Shown: positions 1-11,116 of the stretch, one piece after another
Numbering within the stretch: position 1 is the stretch's first letter
Layout: each line of letters opens with the position of its first letter
DNA from: Lama glama
Taxonomy: Eukaryota
Direction of reading: 5' to 3'
Assembly (NCBI GenBank): GCA_028534125.1
Contig: CM052817.1
Span: 61,754,001 to 61,818,000 of the forward strand
Length of the DNA stretch: 64,000 nucleotides
Notes under the pieces: model-generated
The model's database searches: none
What the model was told of the DNA's origin: nothing
The model's input: only the letters and a program-made list of their open reading frames with translations
Position numbers and translations under genes: made by a program

Positions 1-95
1 TAAAAATTCCTGAGATGGGAACATTTTTAGAAGATTATCTTTTATAATTCCCTGTTTAGTTTAAATCTAGACTCTTAGAATAACAATGACCTCCG

Positions 96-384
96 ATTTA
101 CATTCACACCAACAGTGTAGGATGGTTCCTTTTTCTCTACACCCTCTCCAGCATTTATTATTTGTTGACTTTTAATTAATTAATTAATTTTTATTTATTT
201 CTATTGAAGTACAGTCAGTTGCAATGTGTCAGTTCCTGATGTACAGCACAATGTCCCAGTCATGCATATACATTTATTTGTAGACTTTTTAATTATGGCC
301 ATTCTGACTGGTATGAGGTGTTACCTCATTGTAGTTTTTGATTTGCATTTCCCTAATGATTGTAATATTGAACATCTTTTCATG
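96..384 (-). mobile_element. L1 ORF2 3' region, inverted 5' segment of a twin-primed L1
   Basis: Antisense L1 text 'atttacattcacaccaacagtgtaggatggttccttttctctacaccctctccagcattt...ggccattctgactggtatgaggtgttacctcattgtagttttgatttgcatttccct'; interrupted at 174-273. Confidence 0.85.
174..273 (-). mobile_element. ~100-bp 5'-truncated young L1 3' end nested in L1
   Basis: T-rich tail then 'attgaagtacagtcagttgcaatgtgtcagttcctgatgtacagcacaatgtcccagtcatgcatatac', matching 25875-25945; flanking repeat ttatttgt(t/a)gactttt at 158-173 and 274-289. Confidence 0.8.
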
Positions 385-413
385 TATGTGTGTGTATATA
401 TATATATATATAT

Positions 414-446
<33 letters not shown>
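383..446. repeat. (TG)/(TA)n compound microsatellite at the L1 inversion junction
   Basis: Direct reading of the TA runs. Confidence 0.95.
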
Positions 447-448
<2 letters not shown>

Positions 449-498
449 GATGAATAAAATTGGTGCAGCCACTATGGAGAACAGTAGGGAGGTTCCTT

Positions 499-762
499 AA
501 AAAATTGAAAATAGACTTACATATGATCCAGCAGTCCCACTCCTGGGCATGTATCTGGAGAAAACTCTAATTCAAAAAGATACATGCACCCCGGTATTTA
601 TAGCAGCACTATTTACAACAGCACTATTTACAACAGCCAAAAAATTGAAAATAGACTTACATATGATCCAGCAGTCCCACTCCTGGGCATGTATCTGGAG
701 AAAACTCTAATTCAAAAAGATACATGCACCCCGGTATTTATAGCAGCACTATTTACAACAGC
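499..762 (+). repeat. 140-bp-period tandem duplication inside L1 (124 bp identical)
   Basis: 499-622 equals 639-762; 15-bp unit gcactatttacaaca repeated at 606-620 and 621-635. Confidence 0.95.
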
Positions 763-1041
763 CAATACAACACTATTTACAACAATAGTAACAATGTCCA
801 TCAACAGATGACTGTAGTTGTCTTATATCCACCTAGCATGGAATACTACTCAGCCATGAAAAACAAATAATGCCATTTGCTGGAACATGAGTGGACCTGG
901 AGATCATCTTATTTAGTGAAGCAAGTTACACAAAGACAAATATCATATGATATCAGTTATATGTGGAATCTAAAAACAATCACATTAATGAACTTATTTA
1001 TAAACCAGAAATAGACTCACAGACATAGAAAACAAATTATG

Positions 1042-1341
1042 GGTAAATCTATTTTCAGTTGTTTAAGGAACCTTTATATTGTTTTGCATAATGGCTGCAC
1101 CAAACTACATTTCCACCAACAGTGGGAATTTTAAAAATAGTATAGTCAATCATGAATAGTACACAGTAATAAAAGAACAAACTATTAATATATGCAGTGA
1201 TTAGATGGATTCCAGATGATTATGTTGATAAAGAAAAATCCAATCTCAAAACTTACATGCTTTTATGATTAAATTTATGTAGCATTTTTGAAATGACAAA
1301 ATAATAAATGTTGAGAATAGGAAAAATAAAAATAAAAAACC
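1042..1341 (+). mobile_element. Nested 300-bp retro-insertion: inverted L1 fragment + old L1M-like segment + poly(A)
   Basis: TSD aacaaa(t/c)tatg at 1031-1041 and 1342-1352; antisense L1 at 1042-1126; diverged L1MC/MD-like text ~1135-1320; AATAAA 1303-1308; A-tail from 1322. Confidence 0.7.
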
Positions 1342-2682
1342 AACAAACTATGATTACCAAAGGAGGAAGGGAGAGATAAATTTGGAGTTTGGGATTAATA
1401 TACACACACTACCATATATAAAATAGATAAACAACAAAGATCTAGTATATAGCACAGAGAACTATACTCAATATCTTATAATAAGCTATAATAGAAAAAA
1501 ATCTGAAAAAGAATATATATATACACATATAATTGAATCACTTACTGTACACCAGAAACTAACACAACATCATAAATCAATTATACTTCAATTTTAAAAA
1601 ATTAAAAAATAGAATTTTTAAAAGAATAACAATAATTTCATAAATAGCCATGTACAGTTTTTGCTAAAAAAAAAGTGAATACTGTCATGGAATATTGGTG
1701 AGTATATTTGAGTTATCTTTTAGGAATCTTTCGGCAACAAATGCTAATTTTTTAGCTTGTTCTCATCACTACTTTTTTTGAGTGAGGATTAGTTGTTTCT
1801 TGTTTTGCATTGAAAATGAGAGGAAAATTGTGGCTTTTAAAAGTGTCAAATCTTTGTCAGGGAATAGTAATTCTAAACTTTCATCAGTTCTGCCATTATG
1901 TTCATATATCACTTAGTTTGATGTGTGGGTTCATTTTTATGAGTGAGGCATTTAATACATTGAGGAAACAATTGCTCTGGGGAAAGCTATTATATGGCTT
2001 CTTATTAGAAGGTACTGGAGCAAATTTGAAATAAGCTACGTATAATTGATTTTTCAGTGGCAAGAATTGAAACTATAGTACATATATTTAAGAATCACCT
2101 AAAACTATGATAATTCTGTGAATTAGGAGTGAATTATGAATTTATAGTTTTTTAGCTTCAATCACTAAATTTTCCAGACAAGCTAGTAAGCCAGCATTAA
2201 TTAAATATTCTGTCTCCTTTCAAATGCTTTATTTTGAGATTAAAACTCATAGTTTATATCATGATATTCAGAAGTGCAGTTTCAGGAGAAGAACCTGACT
2301 TTAGTAACAATGATATGAAGTCATAATCTGTCTTATGATTAAATTTAGATTGATTGCTGTCACTCAAAGATGGGAGATTTAATGGCATGTATATTGAATA
2401 AATCTGGAAAAAATTTTAAACACAGCATTTTCTAAATTTCTTTAACAAATGTTTTTAGTTAAGAAAATTCCAGCTGTAACTGCTAGATGGGCTTAACACT
2501 ACTTACATGCTTATCCGGTAGTGACGGTAGGTTTAACCATCTAGATAAAGTAAAACTGGTGTAAGATTGCTGAGTACTGGTATGAAATAAACTCATTTTA
2601 AAAAATAGTCACAGTTCTTCCCAGATACCTGCTGCTTTGAGCTAACTAGTGGCTGTTACTCACGGGTGTTAATCCTTGTTCT

Positions 2683-2782
2683 ATTAGATTGTAAGTTCCT
2701 TGAGGGCTGGATTCTTCCTTTACTTGTACCTCCCTGTGATTAGGGGTAGAGTAGGTATTTAATACAAACGTGTTAGCTGAAG
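2683..2782 (+). mobile_element. L2 3' end fragment
   Basis: 'tagattgtaagttccttgagggctgg...gtaggtatttaatac' resembles the L2 terminus. Confidence 0.55.
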
Positions 2783-3074
2783 TAATGCTCTAGTTCCCAA
2801 GCAGGATTTTGAAGTCGGGTCACATACCTTTGTATGATAGGACCTGCTGGACAAGTAGCCAAGGGTGGTGTAGTTGATTTACTTTTCTGGCCTTTCTTGG
2901 CTCCTTCATTCTATTACTGGAAAAGAGGCTTCCTCCCAGCCACATCCCCTCTGGCAATTCATGGCTCTAGTCCTGAACCACACTTTCCCTATCAGGCTTC
3001 ACTTTCTCCTAGTTCTCACAAACTTCAGATCCTACTACTGCACCTCTTACTGCAATTTATTTATTTAGGTTTTA

Positions 3075-3225
3075 AATCCTTTACATATACAAATTTATTC
3101 TCACAATCCTCTGCAAACACACATTTTACACAGAGGAACAAGTAGCACGTCCAGTGACGCACAAGCCACAGGTAGAGACCAGATGTTCACCCAGGACTTT
3201 CTGATGTAAAACCTCTGCCCTTCGT
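3075..3225 (-). mobile_element. MIR SINE relic
   Basis: 'cattttacacagagga...gtagagaccagatgttcacccagg' antisense MIR core. Confidence 0.55.
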
Positions 3226-5319
3226 CTCTCCCTGTTCGTAGCTCATTTCGTCTGCCAAACCAGGTCCTTACACTTCTCTATCCGTAGCTGGGTTCAAACT
3301 TAAGAGTTTAGACCCTTCGAAAGTGGCTTTGTCTATACCAGGAGGTAATTTCCACAGAAATACGGCCAGAATCACTCTGAGAGGTCCTAGAGAAACAAGC
3401 ATGTTGGGAAACATGAAGGAAACCTGAAATGAGGACTGGAAGCAAGAGCAGGAGAACATTCTCAATTCCTCAGTCTTTGGCAGAAGTTCTCAGGTTTCCA
3501 AGGCAAATAGTTGTATTTAAGCACAAAACCAATACTTCTGCCTGAAGCTAAATGAACAAGTAGCTCTTTTGAAGTATTCAGTCCCTCTCATTTAGATAGA
3601 ATTTAAAAACAAAGAAAAAATAAAAGAACAAGGAGCATGAAGAAGAGATGAGGCTTTGTAGTTCCCATCCTTGAGAAGCTCTGGTCCTTTATTTTAAAAG
3701 TTCAGAGGTCTTTAGAATCTGGGATCCTTAGCTGACCATGTGAAATTGGCAACTTCTAAAACTCTCTGAGCTTAAATTTCATCATTTATAAATTGTAGAT
3801 TGTAATTCCAGAATTCAGGCTGCACAACAGAATCTCCTGGGGGCTTTTTTCCTTTTTTTTCTTCCTTTTTTTTTTTTATTTTTTAAACTACAGGTGTCTA
3901 GGATTCAGCCTAGATTTGCTAAATCACAATCTTTGCCTGGGCTTGTGCAGAGATAGGGAGATGAGACTGGGGTGGAGGTGGTGAAGTGTGCCTTGCTAAA
4001 GAGTGTGGGCGTTGCTGTGCACCTGGTCGGGAGGCTGTGCAAGTTTTAAGGCAGTTTATCACTGTCTCTGACAGAAGTGAATGAAGGTAGGCAAAAGGTG
4101 TGCCGTCAGACAGGTAATTAAACATGTCTTTATTTTGTGAAATGTATAACTTAGGGTAAATGTATTTGTCAATATATTGTATTCTGAAAAGAATGAAAGG
4201 TGAAGTCAGTTAAGAGACTAGCCTTCCTTCTCAAGGGTGGATTTGTATTTCTAGTTCTCTCCAAGTGAACATTTATTCATTCTTTTCATTAATTCTTTTC
4301 ATCCATTTAGGAATGTTAATTTTGTGCCAGGCACAAAATTATATGTTACTTCCTTAGAGGAGTTCACGTGATCTTACTGAGCTGCTGCCTATGTGTGGAA
4401 TAGTGGAGATGGGTGATTTTAAATCTGAAGGACCTTTTAATTGACAAAAAAGAAATACGTGTTAATCATCTGTGCCTCTCATTTATACAGTCCCCTTATA
4501 TATTAGAATTTAAAGACAACTATAATTTTTAAAAATCACAATTATATTAACCTTTTAAAAGAAAAACATTTTCTTTCTCTGTCCAGTACAGGACAGTGGA
4601 CCACAACTGCTTAATACCAGTTTTGCAGTTTTTTGGTCTAGTCTACAATTCCTGCTGAGGATTTGGAACAGATAACATTTCTTTTCCAGAAATTTTATTG
4701 GGTGGGGGGGAAGTAAGTCTCATTTAGACTTTGGTTTTAGATTTGACAGCACATTTCTTTCTTCATTGCTGTTAAAATATTAATTGGGATTCCCTTTATG
4801 GAAACATTTTTTCAGTGAGGTAGAGGCATCTGAAGCTAATTCAGCTTTTACTAACAGGTGATAGAAAAAGTACCTGATGTAGCCTGTCAGTTCATTTCCT
4901 TTTATAAGAGCCAGAGATCATGAAGTAAAGCTACTCAGATTTACGAAATTTTTGCTGAATTGATTCATACTAAGAAGTTTGAGCCATGATGGTTTAGCAG
5001 AAAGAAAATGAGTTTTGGATTTGTAATTGTATCTCTAGGAGGCTTACAGATTGCCAGATCTTCACCTTCCCAAGTTCCTTACATAAATTTCTTAGCCAAG
5101 ACTCAGTTTTCTGACGTGCAAAATGGATGTGTTAATCCCTATCTGATGGAGTTGCTGAGGATAAAATGAATTCTGAAAAATAAGTATCAGACTTAATATT
5201 GAGTCTTAATAAGTGTTGTTTTTTTCAAAGAAAGTTATCCAGCCTCTAAATGAAAGCATGAATAAGCACATAACATGTGCACTCATGAAGCCAAAAAGTT
5301 CTAATTAGGTGTTTTGTTT

Positions 5320-5880
5320 CATTTACATTGACTTAATTTTCAAGAGCAGTTTTAGGTTCACAGCAAATTAAGGGAAAGGTATAGAGATTTCACATATACT
5401 CTGCCCCCATAAATGCATAGTATTCCTTATTATCAGCATCCCCCTCCAGAATGGTACATTTGTTACAGTTGATGAACCTGCATTGACACACTGTAATTAC
5501 CCAGAGTTGGTAGTTTATATAACAGTTGACTCTTGGTGGTGGTGTACATTCTGTGGGTTTGGACAGTTGTGTGACATGCATGTACCATCGCTATAGTATT
5601 TTCATTGCCATAAAAATTCTCTGTGCTCTGCCTATTAATTCCTTCCCCTGAACCACTAATCTTTTTACTGACTCCATAGTTTTGCTCTTTCCAGTATATC
5701 ATATACTTTGAATCATACAGTATGTAACCTTTTCAAATTGGCTTCTTTCACTTAATATGCACTTAAATTTCCTCTGTCTTTTCATGGCTTGAGAACTCAT
5801 TTCTTTTTAGCACTGAATAATATTCCATTGTCTGAATATACCAGTTTATCAGCCTACTGTAGGACATCTTGATTGCTTCT
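5320..5880 (-). mobile_element. Old L1M (L1MC-like) 3' end
   Basis: 'gagcagttttaggttcacagcaaatt...tggtacatttgttacagttgatgaacctgcattgacac...ttggcttctttcactta...gaataatattccattgtctg'. Confidence 0.8.
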
Positions 5881-6327
5881 ATAATGTTTTATATTCTTTT
5901 TTGAGTCTTTTTTCCCAGTCATTTGAGACAGATTTAAGTAGTACAAATATAAGTATAATAAATACAGTCAATTATATTTTACTTTGTAATTCATCATTCT
6001 TACATTTTTCTGAATGTTATTTAGGAAATTTACAATACTGCAAATGCAAATAGGAAAATGAAACCATATTGTGTAATGTAGGCTCCAGTTGATCTTAAAC
6101 TATATTACATTCTCATCCCATCCATTATTCAATGTTTATTGCTTCCCCATTACTATAGGCTGTAACATTCTGTGTTTGTAAGAGTTTTTATGTTTCCAGA
6201 ATACTTCTACGTCGATTAACAAGTTCCATCCTATGACACCTCTGTTTAAAGCACTTCTGCATGTGGTTGAGACTCCATCCCTTGCTGCCTCCTGTGTGAT
6301 GTTGAGCCTTCAGTTCTTCTGTTGCTT

Positions 6328-6525
6328 CTTTTTTTTCAGGGCGGGGGCGGTTTATTGAAGTATAGTCAGTTTACAATGCTGTGTCAATTTCTGCTGTATA
6401 GTATAATGTTTCAGTCATACATATACATACATACTCCTTTTTATGGTTTTTCATTATAGGTTACTACAAGATACTGAATATAGTTCCCTGTGCTATACGG
6501 AAGAAACTTGTTTATCTATTATATA

Positions 6526-6563
<38 letters not shown>

Positions 6564-6945
6564 GTTAGTATCTGCAAACCTTGAATTCCCGATTTATCCC
6601 TTTCCCCCCGATAACCATAAGTTGTTTTTTTCTATGTCTGTGAGTCTTCCGCTATTTTGTAAATAAGTTCATTTGTGTCTTTTTTTTTTTTTTTTTAGAT
6701 TCCACATGTAAGTGATAACATATGATATTTTTCTTTCTCTTTCTGGCTTATTTTACTTAGAATGACAGTCTCCAGGTCCATCCTTGCTGCAAATGACATT
6801 ATTTTCTTTTTATGGCTGAGTAGTATTCCATAAATATACTGCAACTTCTTTATCCAGTCATCTGTCAATGGACATTTAGGCTGTTCCATGTCTTGGCCAT
6901 TGTAAACAGTGCTGCTATGAACATTGAGGTGCATGGATCTTTTTG
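6328..6945 (-). mobile_element. Young L1 3' end with internal (TA)n
   Basis: ORF track 6695-6934 'QPKCPLTDDWIKKL...MSFAARMDLETVILSKISQKEKEKYHMLSLTCGI' is the L1 ORF2 C-terminus; 3'UTR homologous to 25870-26200. Confidence 0.9.
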
Positions 6946-7504
6946 TACTTGTTGAATTTTTTTTTTCTCAAAAGAAGTTTGCTTGAAATATACTATTGGT
7001 GCAGTTACATAGTTCCTACTTGTAATATTGGAAGGTTCAGATATTTCAGACAATGTTTTATCCACTGTACTTTTCAGGAACATTCAGTGTTTGTTTTTTT
7101 TGTTTTTTTTGTTTTTTTCTCTTTCTCCTACTCAGAGCATAGAGATTAGTTGGGAAGTGAACTAAGAACCTTTATCCTTTTTCTTTATTCTTTCTCTTAT
7201 CAAACCAAACTTGTTTACTCCTTGGATCCCAGAACAAATCTTACTCATTACCCTATCTTGGCTTTGCTGATTCCATGTCTGACTAAAAAGACTGTATTTC
7301 AGATTCTGATTGTAAAAACTGTGCAACCTGAGCTAAATTATTAAGCTTTCTTCGCATACAGTGCAGATCATTATGACTGCTATATCTGGCTCCTCACACT
7401 GTGCACTGCACCTCTCTGGGACTCTATTTACATAGATCACAATATGTGGAATGTGTGACGTCTTTTGCAGGATAGTTATGAGATTTACATGAGGTCCTAA
7501 AGAG

Positions 7505-7760
7505 AGTAGTTGAACACAGTGATAAAGTATGGACTTGAAAGTCCCAACTCCTGGGATTACAACTCAGCCATTCCATTTATTAGCTGTATGATCTTGGGGA
7601 AATCATTTAACCTTTACTGTGCCTCACTTCCCATATTTTTAAAATGGAAACAAGTGCCTACGTCATAAGGGTATTTTGAAGATCAAATGTGTTAGTATTT
7701 ATAAAGTGCTTAGAACAGTTCCTGGCATACGGAATGCCTAGTATATGTTAGCCATTTCTC
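7505..7760 (+). mobile_element. MIR SINE, near full length
   Basis: 'ccatttattagctgtatgatcttggggaaatcatttaacc...gtgcctcacttcccatattttaaaatgg...aaagtgcttagaacagttcctggcatac'. Confidence 0.8.
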
Positions 7761-10049
7761 TTACTGTATGAAAATTGCTTACTGTGGTTTTCATGCTCTT
7801 TAACTGGTAGCTCTTCTTTAGATAAGGTTCACTCCTCACATTCAAGGTCCTTTACCAGATCTTTCCTAACCTCCTTATACTTCAGTTATCTTTTCTTAAG
7901 AATTCTACACAGCAGGAATTATAGTAGGTATGTGATTTAGCTTGGAACTTAAGCTGCTTTATAGTATGCATACATCTCTTTCTAGAAGGCCAGGACCCTC
8001 ATCTTTACCTTTAAGGTGTTCTCAGCTTTTACCCCCTTCTGCCTCACTTACGACTGGTGTTGCTGGAAAAATGATCCATCGTCTACCCTTTGCTCTGAAG
8101 GGAGTTGGTCTCTTAGGTGTCCGAGGCTTACGAACCAGAAGACAGCAGTAGTGTACTCATGGTCTCTTCTTTTAAGGCTTGTATAATCTAGTTTATTATA
8201 TAAGATTAATGTGCACAACAATGAACAATTCAAAGTGATTAAATTCTGTGATATACAGTTAAGACTAACAGCACTGAGAGTTTAGAAGAAAGCCATGTGT
8301 GTAAGAGCTGAGTCAGTGAGAAGAGCCTTCCTGTGGCTCTCTGTGTGCAATTTAAATGGAGTTGTATGTGAATAGATCAAGCTGAACTAGGCCTTCAGAT
8401 AATGCTGATAATGTTAATGTGTATGTTAATGCTAATAGGTAATATGTGCTAATGTTAATCCTCAGAGCAAACACAAACACAGCATGCAATGCTAGATGTT
8501 GTTCTTAGCGCTTTACACATAATGACACAATTAACTCTTACTACAAAGTTGAGAGGCAGGAGCTACTCCTGTCATGTTAAAAGTAAGAAACTTGATGTTG
8601 CCATAGGTTATATTTAGTTGTGATCATGATTACAAGTTTTACTTTATTTCACAGTAAATGAAAGCCTTTATAATTTTTCAGAAAGATCCAACATTTGAAA
8701 TTAAGTTTCATCATATTTTCTTTAATCTTGCCTTGTAATCTTTTTATTTATTTTTTTAAATGAAAGTTGTTTTTATGATAGCTCCTTCCCCATAAAGACA
8801 TAATATAATTATCAACAACAACACAAAAAGATGAAAGACTTTCATGGTTTGGAATGTGGGGTAGCTTATTTTATAATTTAATAACTTCTTTTATAATTTA
8901 GGTCAGCACATCAGATTTTAATGGTTTTTTATTTGTCTGATTAAAAACAACTGGTAAAGCTCATCTCCGGTGAGAAAAAAAGTGGAGTATTGAGATTGCA
9001 AAATATTTATGGTGGTAGAGTTCTGAATTTAATTTGTAGCTACTTGGGTGCCAGTAACAGACTAGAATTTGCTTTTTTAACAACTTTGATAGACTTAGTG
9101 TACTCTTGCCAAACTTTGTAACATAAATTGTGGATTATTGGCAAATCTCGTCCGTATTTTTTTTTTTTTTTTGGCAGCCCTTTGGCGGAAATAGACTGAT
9201 TTTTATTGTGTTTAAAGAAAAAAAAATAATTGAAATCTGTCTGTTTTTTCACTCATCAAAAAGACTGTCTTGGTTTTATTTTGTAACTGCATCTTTTTCT
9301 AATGAGATGTAGGCTGTATTCCTTGGGACATCAAAGAAAATTGTTTAGTTTCTAATAGAAGTCATTTAAGAGGTGGCTAAAGATGAGCAGACTTGATTGG
9401 GTTTTAGAAAGTCTCTTATTAAAGTGTAGATTATTCTGTTGATGCTCACAGCTTTCAGTTGTTACTGGCTTATTCATTTGCCAAAAGAGCAGATAAACAG
9501 TCTGTAGGGCAGGAGTTGCCGAGTTCTGTAATTGGGGCCATAGTTCATGTGGGCATTTGCCTATCTTTCCTCTCATTCACAGGGCTTGCTGTGGCTTAGT
9601 GTTAATAGTCCTGTGTTTGAGCATGGCTGCGAAACTCGAGGCCTCACGCAGGAGGCCTGCCTTCCATGGTGGTGTAGGTGTGACTGTGAAGTGTGAGACT
9701 GGTTTCCACTTTATGGACAGCCTGTGCCCAGGGAGTCTGCCTCTGGTGGGTGGTTTTTTCCTTTCGCAGTGTGTGTGTGGGAGAACGTGTACAGGAATTC
9801 TTTTTGCTCTTTCTTTTTGTTTTTTTTTCTTACAAGACCATGATGTTTGAAATGAGCGTTTGGTCTTTCATGGCTCCTTTTTGCTTTTTTCCCCCATTGT
9901 CGCCCTGCAGCTGTAGATGAGAAGCATTTTTCTTTGACCTCCCTTTCCTGTGTTACTTTAGCTCCTCCCAGGGATGCTTCACAGATGACCTTGTGATCCT
10001 TCATTTTTACTGATGTCTAGGAGGTAACATATAACTTCAGTTAGTGAGT

Positions 10050-10226
10050 TGAGGTATTGATTCAATTCTAAGATACAAGATACATTCCAATTTCAGAGAT
10101 GTAACAGTGTGAAAGCATACCTATAGTGGTAGTAACTGTTACTCATTTAAGATGCACATTTTTTTAGGATGTTACAACGTAAGAAGAAAAAGAAATGCAG
10201 GCATTTGTATCAGTGAAATATTGTCA
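10050..10226. mobile_element. MER104/Kanga-like (TcMar-Tc2) DNA transposon relic
   Basis: 'ttcaattctaagatac...ccaatttcagagatgt...taagatgcacattttt...cagtgaaatattgt' resembles MER104 inverted-repeat motifs. Confidence 0.45.
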
Positions 10227-10544
10227 GTTTTATTAGGTCCTGACTACTGTGGGTTATCACTCTCATTTGATATGAAGTGAGAAGTATAATATGGTTGGAA
10301 CCAAGATAAACCTTTGTGTGCCAAATTCCCTTCTTTGAGCATTTCTGAAAGCAGCTCTTTTAAATAGGCCATTGTTAATTATGGAACCTGACTACCACAT
10401 GTGTTCTGAAAATATATATGAAAAGAAGGAGCTTTCTACTTCTCAGTCTACCAGTTTTTTATCCATCAGCATTCTACTGAAAACACAGTGTTAGTGGTAA
10501 TAATGTTCTCTGGATCACTCACATATGGGCAGTAGAACATGAGG

Positions 10545-10732
10545 TTTAGTATCATGAGCTTCAGAGGAAAGTTAGATGTAGGCTCTACTTTGTACTAGGG
10601 TCTACTTTGAGACTTTAAACATCATTTCTTTCAGTTTTCTCAGGTAATAATATTACATAATATATAGAGCTGTGTTGATTAAATTATTAATATAAGGAAG
10701 ACACTTTGCACAGTGTCTGGGCATATGGTAGG
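10545..10732 (+). mobile_element. MIR relic, split by an MLT1 insertion
   Basis: 'tcagttttctc...ctttgcacagtgtctgggcatatggtagg'; tail resumes near 11120 'cctcagtgttaattgttatt'. Confidence 0.55.
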
Positions 10733-11116
10733 AATATTAGTCTGCTAATGCGGCCATAACAACATACCACAAGCTGGGTGGCTTAACAGCGGAAATTGGA
10801 TTTTCTCCCAGTTTCAGAGGCTGAAAGTCCGAGATCAAGGAGCAGGCATCGGAGACCTTTCTTCTTGGCTTACCCACAGCTGCCCTCTTGCTGCCTCTTC
10901 CCATGGTCGTCCTGCTGTGGACACACATTCTTGGTGTCTCTGTTTCCTAAACTCTTCTTATGAGGACAGCAGTCATATTGGACAAGGAACCACCCTAACA
11001 GCCTAGTTTTAAGTTAATAACCTCTTTAACCGCCCTCTCTCCAAATACAGTCACGTTCTGAGGTACGTGGGGCTTCAAAATACGAATCTGGGGGGAATGC
11101 AATTGAGACCATAATG
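10733..11116 (-). mobile_element. MLT1 (MLT1B/C-like) MaLR solo LTR
   Basis: 'tattagtctgctaatgcggccataacaacataccacaagctgggtggcttaac...ctccaaatacagtcacgttctgaggtac...gcaattgagaccataa'. Confidence 0.85.

Larger units (their letters stand above)
448..1622 (+). mobile_element. L1 3' end (ORF2 C-terminus + 3'UTR + A-rich tail), cetartiodactyl type
   Basis: ORF track 584-811 contains 'YDPAVPLLGMYLEKTLIQKDTCTPVFIAALFT' (L1 ORF2 C-terminus); 3'UTR 'actgtacaccagaaactaacacaacatcataaatcaattatacttcaat' then A-rich tail; TSD agaataacaat at 77-87 and 1623-1633. Confidence 0.9.
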
